A stretch of DNA of 62,890 nt, the filler included, from Rhabdomonas costata (taxonomy: Eukaryota), in assembly GCA_019059605.1 (NCBI GenBank). It is 55 parts of 55 records of this genome, joined end to end, with 100 filler letters (N's around TTAATTAATTAA, not from the genome) between each part and the next. Parts side by side here need not be neighbours in the genome. Positions count along the whole stretch, not along the records: positions 48,114 to 49,158 come from JAHMHO010031611.1; positions 49,259 to 50,304 come from JAHMHO010031612.1; positions 50,405 to 51,449 come from JAHMHO010031613.1; positions 51,550 to 52,594 come from JAHMHO010031614.1; positions 52,695 to 53,739 come from JAHMHO010031615.1; positions 53,840 to 54,884 come from JAHMHO010031616.1; positions 54,985 to 56,029 come from JAHMHO010031617.1; positions 56,130 to 57,174 come from JAHMHO010031618.1; 47 more parts are not named here. One strand, 5' to 3'. The translations under genes were made by a program, and so were the position numbers. Under the pieces are notes generated by a model. The model ran no database searches, was not told where the DNA came from, and saw only the letters and a list, made by a program, of their open reading frames with translations. Shown here in pieces: positions 48,328 to 60,560 of the stretch (position 1 is its first letter; every line of letters starts with the position of its first letter).

Positions 48328-48956
48328 TCCCCACCCAGACCCCGCGGGTACCATGCTGGGACGCTCCGGGGACTCGATGGGCCTGCCCATTGCCGAGGCC
48401 TCGTCGCTGTGCTGCCGCAGAAGTCCTACAGCTGATCCTTCGGGGAAAACCCTCCCTCGCGAGGGGACCTGCGGAAGTGCAGGTTGTGGTGCGACTGTGC
48501 GTGGGTTGAATGTGTTGCCTCGCACGCTACGCTGTGCTGTGGATGCGAACCGGCCTGTTGCCAGTAGCAGATAAGGTAATCGCAATGCCCTGCTACAAAA
48601 AAAAAGTGAAATCCGTGCGACGGTAACGCTGCGGTTGTGCTCCTTTCTCTTTCAATTCTTGCTGCATGGTTGTCCGTGTAACCAGAACAAATCATTCTTT
48701 CGCAAGTTGTCGAACTGTTGTGGCTGTGATTTGTGATTTTGGCATTGCCGATGACTTGGATATGATGAGTGTGGTGGAAGTGGAGTTGGAGGAGGTGGTG
48801 GTGGTGGCGGTGATCCCCACCCAGACCCCGTGGGTACCATGCTGAGACGCTCCGGGGACTCGATGGGCCTGCCCATTGCCGAGGCCTCGTCGCTGTGCTG
48901 CCGCAGAAGTCCTGCGGCTGATCCTTCGGGGAAAACCCTCCCTCGCGAGGGAACCT
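48328..48956. repeat. 143-bp direct repeat (48328-48470 and 48814-48956, five mismatches)
   Basis: Direct comparison of the two copies. Confidence 0.95.
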
Positions 48957-49264
48957 ATGGAAGACGGGATGTGTCGCGTGTTTGCGCACGTAAAAGCAAA
49001 GCATGTGAGGAGACCAAAATAATGTAGGAGAGGCGGGGTGGGGAGCACCAAAACCAACTTCCTCCCCGACCACTCCGACGTGCACCGTGCTTTGCGACAA
49101 TCGCTGAATTCTGCAACTTTCCCTTGTTGCTTCTATATACTTCCTTCGCAAAAACAACNNNNNNNNNNNNNNNNNNNNNNNNNNNNNNNNNNNNNNNNNN
49201 NNTTAATTAATTAANNNNNNNNNNNNNNNNNNNNNNNNNNNNNNNNNNNNNNNNNNNNGTTGGT

Positions 49265-49401
49265 GTGGGTGAGGTGGCTGCATCTGAGGTGACACCTGAA
49301 ATGAAGGCCAGCATCGCTTTGCACCCGACCATATGCCCCGGGTGCAAAGCGATGCTGGCCTTCATTTCAGGTGTCACCTCAGATGCAGCCACCTCACCCA
49401 C
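49265..49401. repeat. Perfect 63-bp inverted repeat at contig start (probable WGA fold-back)
   Basis: 49265-49327 versus 49339-49401. Confidence 0.9.
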
Positions 49402-52400
49402 TCTCAAGGCCACAACTCATCCCACCGTAAAACAAGTTGCCCTGCGGTTGCGGCTTCGATCTAAAGGCGCCCCCTGTGCCTCCTACTAGCACCTGCCAGC
49501 CTAGCAGCACACTGCCGTTGGGATTTACAGAAACGGGGATATGGCGTGTCCCCAAGCATCAAACTGGAAGTCGGAGGTCGAGAACAGGTGGGGAGTGAAG
49601 AACAACTCAATGCAGATTTCGCTGCATGATGGGCGGACACGATCTGTCCTTTCACAGTCAAGCAAAAATGCATGCTACTATGGGGGACACACAGCTCTCG
49701 ATTGGAGACCGCACACAAAGGGAAAGTTGAGGCGGCGACGAGGGGGAGGGAAATAATATCACGAAGAGGCACATAAAGGAACGAATCGAGCAGAACATCG
49801 CCCCACGAGCTCCACCACCAAGGCCCCAGAGGCCTAAGCAGGCCGAGTTGATGCCCTCCTCCCGAATCCGCCAACACATTCTACCTCATGTGTCACCTCT
49901 TGGTGTCCCCTTCTCGAAAGAAAAGAGCTTGACATAATTTCAAAAAACACATTCATTGAAAGGCAAGGCAAAAAAATAAGGCTAGTAACACCCCGAAACT
50001 GAGAAAGTCTTTTTAGCCTAAATGTATGCCGGTGGTCCTTCGCGGCATCCTGTTGTGTACCGTGGTTAAAAACTCTCAGTTTACGGTGTAACCTGCTATA
50101 CGAAAGTATGTGACGAAGAGTTTGTTTAGCTATCCGCGCCGAAGGCGCAGGGCGTTTTCCGAATATGTCGCCGTGAGGGTTACCTGCGTGTTCCCACAGC
50201 TTCTTGATGTTTCTGTGCCCGCGGCGACAACAAAAAAATATACAGCTGTTTGCCCGAAAAATGCACGGCAATCCCGCGCAAAGTGGTGAGAAAGACCCCA
50301 AAAANNNNNNNNNNNNNNNNNNNNNNNNNNNNNNNNNNNNNNNNNNNNTTAATTAATTAANNNNNNNNNNNNNNNNNNNNNNNNNNNNNNNNNNNNNNNN
50401 NNNNCGACAGTAAGACGGCAAGACGTGCAAAGATGTGCCGACGTACCAACATGACAAGCATCGTTTTTCCACGGTCCCCATGATTTCACGAAATCAGCGC
50501 GGGTAAAAAAGGCAGCTGCGTTTCGACACAATGGTACGCATACATTACGCTCGAATACTTCCTTCACCATTGGCACTTTTAACACGTCCGTGGCCAACAG
50601 AAACGGGAGAAAGGAAAGAGTAGCGAAGAGAAAGAGTCAGTACGTGGCATGGCTGAATAAGGCCCCAGGGAAAACACCAAAGCGAAGCTTGCGGACAGCA
50701 CTTATGGCAAATCGGGTGCACAAAAAGTGGGAAGGGGAGAGCGGAAGAAGTGAGGCGAGGGTGGCAGCATGCACATGCACCCTGGCGCTGAGGTTCAACA
50801 CCTCCCGCTGGGCCTGCAGGCGGGCCTCGGCAAGCTCGTCGGCGGCCTTCCTGACCACAAAAAGATGACACCGTCGCTCCGAACAAAGCGAAAGACCCAG
50901 CGCAGAAATGAAAGCGGCCTTGGGTTGAGTTGCGGGGGGGGGCATCGGCTCCCGATTCGCAACGGTAACTGATACCACGAGTGAAAACCAGTACAAGCAG
51001 CAACCAATGCCATTGAACGACCGAACCGCTCACACAAGGAGCGAGAGAAACTGACTCTTAGCCAAGGAGAGGGCCCGGGACCTGTCGAGCCAGAAGCACC
51101 GCTCGCTGCAGCTCCCTGTCCACGATGGGCACCGGAGAGCCCACCGCGGCCAGCCTCTGCAGATTCAGCACGTACATCCCGCCCTGCACGCTGGCCTTGG
51201 AGTGCCGCCCGGCACGTACAGCCTTGGAAAAGGCTCCTTTACGGAGGGAAGGGAGTGAGGGTGGCAGCTTGAAGTAGGTACGACTGCATTGTGAAAGACA
51301 GTACCTCGTAAGGTTGTAATTAGTGGTAACAGAAATCCTGGTAACTCTGATTATACATGGTCAATGAAAGCTGAATGAATACAATGCTTTTATAATATAA
51401 AGGGGTTTCATAAACAGCGTTAAGGTGAGACAAATAAAAATACTGCTGGNNNNNNNNNNNNNNNNNNNNNNNNNNNNNNNNNNNNNNNNNNNNTTAATTA
51501 ATTAANNNNNNNNNNNNNNNNNNNNNNNNNNNNNNNNNNNNNNNNNNNNGTTGTGGGGGGTTAAACTGTGAAACGACGTTATTTGCCATAACGTTGTCAT
51601 ATGAAATTGTTCCGCTCCTGCTATGCACAGCTGCTCATGAGGGAAGCCGTTTGGCCGAAGGACCCACCACATAAGCGGTGTGCACCACGGCCAGCGCCAC
51701 GCCGCCCCATTTCGAGGTACCGCTTGTTATTGAGGCACTCGTCCTCTTGTCCTATTGTTTTGTCTCTTCGTACATCCAGATTTCTATTGTAGACGTTGCA
51801 AACCCGTTGAACCGAACCAGATGCCTCTCTCTGTCTCAGCCAGTCATGAGAGCAGGGATCTGGGGTGCGGAGCCCTCGAGACTGGTTTCACACTTGTGCC
51901 GTATGTAATATTAATACCGTATAACCACGTCAAACGACGGAATACCGTACATAACGTGTAATGCCATCATTCAGTGTAACCTCCCACCCCAATACCTCGT
52001 GAGATTTCCCAATTTCACTGCTGCGGGCTGGAGGGCTCCGTGTGCTGCTATTACAGATCTTGCGTTTCCTTTTCTCAAAACAAACACATCTACGGATCGC
52101 TCGTGAGGTGAAGGTCAAAACTCGGTGCGGACAAGCGTCACCAGTCCCCCAAGAATATACTGGGAGGAAGCCTCTTCATCGGCAACTCTAAACTGGCTCG
52201 TCTTGTACATATCAAACAAAATGGGAGTACAACACCCGATCACCCGTACTCTCACCCAAAACAAAACCTTTTGCAGTTCAATTTGATAAAATCTTGCTAA
52301 ATACTGTTCTGGGACACCCGTCTCGTTGCCAAACTTCCTTAGGAGTGATCGGCACAACTCCAAAAGTCTACCACAGAAGGAAAGGCCGCTAGGATCTAAA

Positions 52401-52459
52401 TGTCATTGAGGGAGAGGAAAAAGAGATTGTCCAGAAGAGTTTTGTCCTGACTGTACAAG

Positions 52460-52590
52460 CCCAGAAGAGTCAAAAATCTGTTCGAAAAGGCTCATCGAGT
52501 GGTTGAGGATGCTTGCATTGTGCCTCCAAGCGAACTCCGCCAAGTAAAAGGGCTGGTGTTCGCTTGGAGGCACAATGCAAGCATCCCCAA
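52460..52590 (-). mobile_element. Second Merlin/IS1595 transposase C-terminal remnant
   Basis: EHQPFYLAEFAWRHN..SLFEQI matches the H...YL.EF.WR.N..F..I end motif. Confidence 0.6.
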
Positions 52591-52698
52591 CCACNNNNNN
52601 NNNNNNNNNNNNNNNNNNNNNNNNNNNNNNNNNNNNNNTTAATTAATTAANNNNNNNNNNNNNNNNNNNNNNNNNNNNNNNNNNNNNNNNNNNNGTGT

Positions 52699-52893
52699 GG
52701 TTCAAGGAGAAGCCAGGTTGTGGACGGATGCCTGTGACTTTGCAAGTGACCAGCAGCACTTAGGAATTCAAAGGTAACACCCGATTAAACAACCTCGGAA
52801 ATCAGTTACAGGCACGACCTTTGAATTCCTAAGTGCTGCTGGTCACTTGCAAAGTCACAGGCATCCGTCCACAACCTGGCTTCTCCTTGAACC
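52699..52893. repeat. Perfect 77-bp inverted repeat at contig start (WGA fold-back that copies part of an exon)
   Basis: 52699-52775 versus 52817-52893. Confidence 0.92.
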
Positions 52894-53449
52894 GCACCAG
52901 GGCGGAACCCTCGGGGACGTGCTCCCCTGCGACCTCAACAAACGCAACGGTGCCAAAGCGGGCAAAGTACTCCCGCACCGCCTGGCGGTCCACCGGGGCC
53001 TTCAGCCCGGAGCAGCTTACCACAAGTCCGGGCTCGAAAGTACGAGTGGAGGCGGGCGAAGCCGCAGCAGGGGCGCCGGGAGCCGCTGCCGTCTGCCGCA
53101 AGAGAAGGATAGGCACGGGAGCGTTGGTATGCGCTTTCGACTCATATAAGCTTAATTACTGGAAAGCGAGTTACTGCCGTTTACCAGTTCCTGAACGGGA
53201 TCCAGCCGATCGAACAAAAACCGAAGAAGGTCGCAGCACAGGTTTTGGGCTTGGGAGGCAGGATGGCACGCCTGGGGTGGCAAAGGCCATTCCACGGTGA
53301 CCTCGACCTCCCCTAGCCCCTCGCCCGCCTTCAGCCTTTGCTTCGGCTCCGCAGCCGCCGCAGCGGCCGCCGAGAGATAGCTCCGATAACGTACCAAAAA
53401 GCCAGCCTCGCCCCCTGGAAACGACTCCACCACCTCGATCTCGCCAAAC
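52876..53449 (-). CDS. Multi-RRM protein with La/LARP7-type RRM2 (xRRM-like), two exons (53272-53449, 52876-53092)
   Basis: FGEIEVV..GFLVRYRSYLSA and FEPGLVVSCSGL..DRQAVREYFARFGTVAFVE..ALVRFKEK, joined in frame by a GC-AG intron (53093-53271). Confidence 0.65.
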
Positions 53450-53839
53450 CTGTGGGATTGAGGTCACAAATGGGCCGGGGTTGTATTGGGCGGTGATGGG
53501 CAAAGGCATACGCACCAAGAGCAAATTTAGAGTATCCTTTCTGGACGCTCACTCTCCGCGTTCGCACACACACCCCAGGTGCGAAGTGTCCCCCTCACAC
53601 AGCGCATCACCGACACACTGGCGCGAAAACGTCTGAATGAGCAGCTTTTATCGCCAGTCCAAGTTTACCAACACCAGCGCAGCCCACCCAAACCCTACAA
53701 ACACGTGCTTGCTGAAGTGCTCCTTCACTCCCAACACCCNNNNNNNNNNNNNNNNNNNNNNNNNNNNNNNNNNNNNNNNNNNNTTAATTAATTAANNNNN
53801 NNNNNNNNNNNNNNNNNNNNNNNNNNNNNNNNNNNNNNN

Positions 53840-54263
53840 CTCATCCGCGTGCAATCTTACTGACTGCTGCACAGGTGCGGGCAGCGCAGCTTTAGAGTTA
53901 GCTCGGCATCTCTGTGAGAATGGGAGTCCTTTTCGTTTTTTGTGGGGTGGAGAGTTGGGAGGGAGCAGTTCGAAAAAGGGGGAATGAGATGGTCGTTTTG
54001 GTGGTGGCCGGAAATGAAATGTAGATTGCGCCATTTCTGTGCATAACGCGCCATCTTCATGTGGCAGGGTGTGTTTGGGAATGGGTCAGATGTGGTTGCG
54101 CTTCATTGTGCCACCAATAGGTGTGCTTGAGGCTTTCTCTTCTTCTGTGCAGCCAATTTCGGGTGGACTTGTGCGAACTACACCTGCCCCTCGGGCTACG
54201 TGGCCAAAAACGCCACCACGCCGTGCCCTTCGTCCGGATGCAACGACACCGACTGCTGCACAG
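53840..54263 (+). CDS. Cys-rich tandem-repeat surface protein; exons 53840-53874 and 54153-54263
   Basis: ..SSACNLTDCCT| and NFGWTCANYTCPSGYVAKNATTPCPSSGCNDTDCCT|. Symmetric phase-1 exons, one 6-Cys repeat each. Confidence 0.8.
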
Positions 54264-54486
54264 GTGTGTGTCGTCACAAGTTTTACCGCAAAACATTTCC
54301 AGCCGTTGCTCTTTGACCTTCGCCCGTGTTGCTGTGGGAGGTGTGGGCTGTCAGTCGGCCCAAACCTTCTGTAGGGTGAGATAACTAATGCCAAGGCATC
54401 TCGGTCCCCTGACTGGTAGAGTGTAAAGGGGGTTGGTCAAACTGTGCCATCGCTCCCAATTTGAATTTGCTTTTGTTGTGTGTGTG

Positions 54487-54566
54487 TGAGGGGCACTGCG
54501 TGCTGGCAGCTTTCGCTTCGTACCCCTGAGGGCAGGAGTAGCTCATGCTGCCACAAGTCGGATAAG
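54487..54566 (-). CDS. Inverted 5' half of a Cys-rich repeat exon
   Basis: acacag|CT TAT.. encodes YPTCGSMSYSCPQGYEAKAASTQCPS, ending in CTCA, the first four bases of this contig. Confidence 0.75.
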
Positions 54567-55932
54567 CTGTGTCAACGCACGCATACACACACAGTACAAC
54601 GGAATTTCCGCACCATGATCCCAGCAGGACGCTGGTTGAGGAGCTTCTGCCCAGAAAACTCTGGCCTGTAGCACTTCCAATCATCCGAGATCCGCAGCAG
54701 CAAAAACAGATTTCAGATCGGAATTTCAAACAGGAATATCTCCGTTTCCCGGTCGAGCTAACCTATGCGTAATCGCTGTAATAACTCATCAGTAAGAAAA
54801 AAACAGATCAGGCAGAAGCAGGCGGAAGGTCTTTCGGATAACAGCAAATACTCCTTGGAGTCAGGCCAGTGGTTTCCAGTCCCCNNNNNNNNNNNNNNNN
54901 NNNNNNNNNNNNNNNNNNNNNNNNNNNNTTAATTAATTAANNNNNNNNNNNNNNNNNNNNNNNNNNNNNNNNNNNNNNNNNNNNTGTGGGTGTTATTTTT
55001 CAGGGCAAGTAGTTATTTTCCCATCTAATTGAAATGGTTCTGGGGCAGCCGCCTGAGTTGTCTCGAGATGTGGCAAGTTATAAGGTCTCTCTAATGAGCG
55101 CAAATCCCGGTGCGCTTGTCTCGCAATCCTTAAAGTGTGCAAAGATCGCGGGCTATCCGTAGACTATCGTTGCTCACAGATTGACCCTCCTCACTGGGGA
55201 TTAGCGCAGTTACCCCCCGCGGTGGCTGCGCTGGTTGAGCTGTACACCCACGCTTACGAGACATGGGGCTCGCGTTCTTCCCTGCAGAAGGGACTGGCTC
55301 AAGCCAAGGTTCTATTGCAATGGGTGGAGGCCCTTCGGGCTCCTTCCATTCGAATCTGCTGCGATTGCCCCGGAGGTATGGCTCCTTCCTTCCTTCCTTC
55401 CTTTGGTCCGCGTGGGCCTTAACTGGAGAGATCGGCTTTGGGAGATCCGGCCATTTAATCTTGCAGCAGATTCGGTGAGCATGTGCATTCTACGTCGCGT
55501 ATGCATATCCACGCGTGGATTTTGTCGGTGCCTACCGAACTGAGCTTCAGCAATCCCAGTGCAGCAGCCACAGAGTTTGGTCGCCTGCTTTTGGTCTTTG
55601 CGCTCAGCTCTGTGTAGGTATGTAGGTATATGTTTTCATGGAGAGAGTAGCGCAGGTGCGGTTGTTTTGCTGTTGATTTTGCGTCCTGTGCTACACAGCA
55701 ACACCTCGATGGTCTGATATGGAAGGGGAGCACACCCCTGGCCTTCTGAAGTGCCTCCGGCAGCTTCTTCTTGCCCTCCTTAAGGCAACTAAGCCTGCCA
55801 CAGCGGAGCACTCCTTGGCTCGAGAGGCTTACGAACTTGCGTTGAAGCCCTCTGGATTAACGCCGGTTCTGAAAGCGATGCTTCGGATGCGGTTGGACGC
55901 GGGATGAGTTTGCACGTCGGGGTTTTGCCCTC

Positions 55933-56024
55933 GTTGTATTGTTAGGTTCCATTTCCCGCTTGCCATCTCCGTCAAGCTTTGCGTGGCCGAGTGGCAAGCG
56001 GGAAATGGAACCTAACAATACAAC
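55933..56024. repeat. 33-bp inverted repeat at contig end (probable WGA fold-back)
   Basis: 55933-55965 versus 55992-56024. Confidence 0.88.
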
Positions 56025-56137
56025 AAAAANNNNNNNNNNNNNNNNNNNNNNNNNNNNNNNNNNNNNNNNNNNNTTAATTAATTAANNNNNNNNNNNNNNN
56101 NNNNNNNNNNNNNNNNNNNNNNNNNNNNNGTTGGGTG

Positions 56138-56292
56138 GTGTATTTAAACGTTTTGGTTCCCAATGCCAGCACCTCCTTTCTTGTACTGCTCAGTGGCAAA
56201 GGCAAATTTTACCTGTGCTGATATTTGCCTTTGCCACTGAGCAGTACAAGAAAGGAGGTGCTGGCATTGGGAACCAAAACGTTTAAATACAC
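56138..56292. repeat. Perfect 70-bp inverted repeat at contig start (probable WGA fold-back)
   Basis: 56138-56207 versus 56223-56292. Confidence 0.9.
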
Positions 56293-57346
56293 TGCCCCCA
56301 AACCTCAAAATCAAAACGAGCAGTGTAAAATGTCAAGGGCAGTTTATAAAAAAGAAAAACTTTCTGCAAATAACTGGCTGTTTGTGGAGAAGGGTACGTA
56401 TAAGTCCGGTTTAAACCCAGCTTTGCAGCCATGCGTTGTGGTGCAGTTCTGAGTTTACGGCTTGACGTACTTTGCGATGCTATGTGACGGATTTGGTCAC
56501 GTAGCGAATTTTTTAAAGGAAAATCTAGTTTTGTAGAAAAAATTTTCAGCTCCTAAAGCCGAAAAGTGCTTGTTTGCAGGTGTCACTGGAGAAGAAAGTC
56601 AAAATACCAGCGGCCCAAATATGAGCACGTCACGCAAGCGATGGAGCATTATTCGCAGCAGTTGCAACGTTTGACAACAATTTTGAAACTCTCACTTCTG
56701 TAGTGGCGCAGGCAATAGAACGACAGAAAAAAGAAGAGGGATACCTGCGCCCATACGACACTTGCCATCGCTGCCTGCCACTGCGCGCACAGCTCTAGCC
56801 GCAGCCTCTGTTCCACCTGCAGGAGCTCATCCACCTGGATGGCAACCCACAGAGACCAACCCGCAGCGCTGCGGCGGGACCGGGCACCCGCACACGCCGC
56901 TCCAATCGCCAAAGCGGTGCAGCACAGCAGGGCCGAAGTCCGAATCCGGCGCCTCACGGAGACGAGAAGGAGCCCGGGAATGTCCCGACGACGAGAAAGA
57001 TGGCCCCGACCAACCCGCTGGAGTGCGGCAAAGAGCTGCAAGCCAAATAGGAGTAGGGGGAAAAGTACAAGTCCCCTTATCACCCAACGCGCAAAGCAAA
57101 GAAAAATCATGACATTACGGTACATGAAAAACCGTTCCCGCACCCCTTCTCACCCACACTAGACCCCCCCCACANNNNNNNNNNNNNNNNNNNNNNNNNN
57201 NNNNNNNNNNNNNNNNNNTTAATTAATTAANNNNNNNNNNNNNNNNNNNNNNNNNNNNNNNNNNNNNNNNNNNNACTACTATTTCCCACAGGTAACAACG
57301 TTCCCACTCACCCGTGCAAGACCGCCTGCAACTTGCCACTACTCAG

Positions 57347-57697
57347 CAATCCCCAATGCTCTATGAGCCCCCGAAGGGGGAGGAGGAAGGAGATGCACCT
57401 CTCCCTTACGTTTTGGCGGTGCTGGCGTTATTTTTTGAAGGTCCAAAAATGCACCAGCGATATGAGCAACATTCCCGCACTGCCACGGAGCATGGCGAAT
57501 CTCCCGTGCTCGCATCTGTGGTAAGATGACGAAACCATCGGAGAATCCCCGGCTTCGTGGGGGCGAGGGGGATTGGAGGCAGAGTGGGTGCACGCTTTCC
57601 AAACCAGATCAGCTTCCTGACGAAGGTCCTGCTGGACTCCGGAGCGGGCCCGAACTATCCCTTGCGACTGGAGGGCGAGCCCAATGCCCCGGCGAGG
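57347..57697 (+). CDS. Unknown protein, two exons (57347-57520, 57608-57697)
   Basis: An 87-nt phase-0 GTAAGA...CAG intron joins ..GESPVLASV|ISFLTKVLLDSG.. in frame. Confidence 0.55.
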
Positions 57698-60396
57698 GTC
57701 CGCACCCCGCTCTTTCACTGCTTGGAGCTGCCTGGTTCCCCTGAGGCATGCCTCCCCACACACATACTCGACTCTCCATAGTTATGTGTTCACGCCACGG
57801 GGGGCCGCTCCGCGCTTTACAGAATCTAAATCACTTTTACTACAACACGCGCTTCGTTCCGTTGAAACGGCTTTTTTTCTGTCAGACGGAATGGAACGAA
57901 CTCCACACGGTTACGCAGCGGTATTTGAGCGCGATTTCAAGGGTCAAAGAGGAATCCCACCATGGTGTGGTGCTAGGGGGTACCTGCCAAAGGTATGGCA
58001 CGAATGTGACGCGACGCAAGTGTATGGAAACGGAAACGCCCTCCTTTGTCTGCATTCTTTTGAGAACGCCCTCCTCCCCTTCATTCCATTGTTTGAGTCG
58101 GTTCCCACCCCGGCAAACACCTCTTTTCCCTTGATCCCTCTGACGATAAGACAAGTTACTGCTGGCTACACATTATCGGTCTGTCATCTATAATCATACC
58201 GTCACCAGTCGCCGAATCTCCATTAGCACAACCATGTACGCTGTAAACCATACCAGTTCGTTCCAAAGCAGCTCCGTCCTCCAATCGATGAGTCACTTCT
58301 GCCTCTTCAACAAACCCCCNNNNNNNNNNNNNNNNNNNNNNNNNNNNNNNNNNNNNNNNNNNNTTAATTAATTAANNNNNNNNNNNNNNNNNNNNNNNNN
58401 NNNNNNNNNNNNNNNNNNNTTGTGGGTCGATTGTGACCATATCAGTTTAAGGGCGGAAATTCTTCCGCGGCGGCTCGGCCTGAGCGGACGGATGAGGCGG
58501 GGACGTGCCTGGGGGCGTCTTCCAAAATTTGACTTTTGATATTTAATAGTGGAGGTTCAGCAGTGCAGCCCCGACCCGTCGATAAAGTCAAGAATACAAC
58601 CTGGTGGTGCGCTTCAAGAACTCCTGTCTGTGTTGCAGTGCCGTGACTTGCTGTTGAGAATAAAACCCCTAGCATATGGTAAGCTGGCACCTGAACTAAT
58701 CCGGGTTAGCAACCGAACCTAGATTAGGGCGAGGTGGTTGGGGCATCCTGAACATCGGGGAATGCTCCCGGAAACCTTCAGATCTAATCCTCTGCAAAAG
58801 CTTTTGCAGTCCCAAGGGACACATGCATCGCCCCCTGACCAGCAAATTCTTGCATTACCTTACTATTGGTTTCAGCAGTGGTAGAGGAGAGGTAGAGTAG
58901 TGTATAATTGTCCATCGCCTGGTATTCTTAAGCCCCAATCGTGCTTTGGTTGTTTCTGGGGTGTTTGCTTGCGGAAGTCAAGAATAGTGCTCCCTCGTGA
59001 CTGATAAAATTAAGAAATAACCCACGCACACCTCACTAATTCATTCACCCCCTTTCTTACGCTTCGTCTCACAAAGGGGAAGAAAGACCACAAATATACA
59101 TCTAAACTCCTCAGCTGAAGGCCAGCAGGCCGCTGGGAAGAGTGATGAAGGATTCCCCTCACACACTGAAGAGAACACAGCAAAATCGGGCCGAGGTGGG
59201 GGGCAAACGTGGGGAGCCACAGCGAGCGTCTTGTCCAGGCTGTTGATGTCCACGCCCTGCTGGAAATCAACAAGCAACTCTCCTCCACGGACCTCTGCAC
59301 CGATTCTAGGAGTCTTGCACATCGTCGATAAACTAACGCATCCCGAAAATAGAAAATCTTCAGCGAAACGCACCCCGGCTTACATGGCGCAAGCAGAGAG
59401 GATATTCTGAATCACTCGCATCCACGTAGCATAGCAAGCATCCTTTGACCTCCCAAACCCCCACNNNNNNNNNNNNNNNNNNNNNNNNNNNNNNNNNNNN
59501 NNNNNNNNTTAATTAATTAANNNNNNNNNNNNNNNNNNNNNNNNNNNNNNNNNNNNNNNNNNNNGGTGGTGGGTTAGTGCACGGCAGTCTCCGAAAGGGT
59601 CCCCGAGATGAGTTTATTTGGTCTCGCAGGGGACAGGGGGTTAGATGGCGGTGCACATTTTTCGGCTACACATTCTTTTTGCAATGCTATGAACTTTTCA
59701 TCAAAGCATTATATAGCGTCGCCATAAAAATTTCGAATTTTTTATTTTGAAGCTATAGTAAATTTTTTCGTTGGCTTAGAAACCAATGGAAATGAGCTTA
59801 TTTAGAAACAACGGAACCCATGCACGTTGTGGTTTTCTGATGGTCGTGAACGGCGTTTGCTTCACTCCGACGCGCCTGCGCCTTGTTTTCCTTGTTTTCC
59901 GTCGACATTCCTGCTCCTGCACCTCTTTCTTTCCAGTCTCGTTGCGGAGCAGTGAGCCATTCAAAACCAGTCCCGAGTTGAGTGATCAGTTCTGGTTCAG
60001 ACCCAGAGCGGTGGGAGACCTGGTGTCTGTTTTTCGACTTGGGGCAGAGAAAAGAAAAAAGAAAAGAGGATAACTGGAACCAGACGTGAATGAAAAGAAG
60101 AAAACAGATGTCCAGCGCATACACGGGCACTGCTTGGGTGCCTCCTGAGTACACCCTATAAGCTCAGCGGAAATTCGGGGCACTTATTTCGACCCGAAAA
60201 CGCCGTCCAGTTCCTAGGCGACCCCTTAATTACTCTGATTCGAGTGGCGGGTCGGTGCTCATATTTGGTGGTGTGGCTTGATCGAACTCCAGAGATGAGT
60301 TTGCTCACCTCTCAACCACTTACCACCGGGTCCACACCAGCTTCGAATGACGTGCCCTCTTTTTTTTTGGTGTGTATGTGTGTGTGGGGTGCTCAG

Positions 60397-60560
60397 ATTG
60401 TTAAGCTTCGGGAGTCTCTGCAGACCATGACGAAGACCACCAACCCCCTGGGCAAGGCCATGGACTACATCCATGAGGACCTGGACAGCATGCAGCGCGA
60501 GCTGGAGATGTGGCGGGTGGAGACCCGTCAGCAGCAGACCGCGTGGGCGGATCAGCAAAG
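60397..60560 (+). CDS. IFT54: Intraflagellar transport protein 54 (TRAF3IP1/MIP-T3), C-terminal coiled-coil exon
   Basis: IVKLRESLQTMTKTTNPLGKAMDYIHEDLDSMQRELEMWR matches the I.KLR..IQ.L....PLGK.MDY.QED.D.M..EL..W signature. Confidence 0.92.

Noticed and set aside
57890-57912. WNELHT peptide shared with the minus-strand ORF near 31010
   Set aside because: Only a short match with no flanking similarity; probably coincidence.
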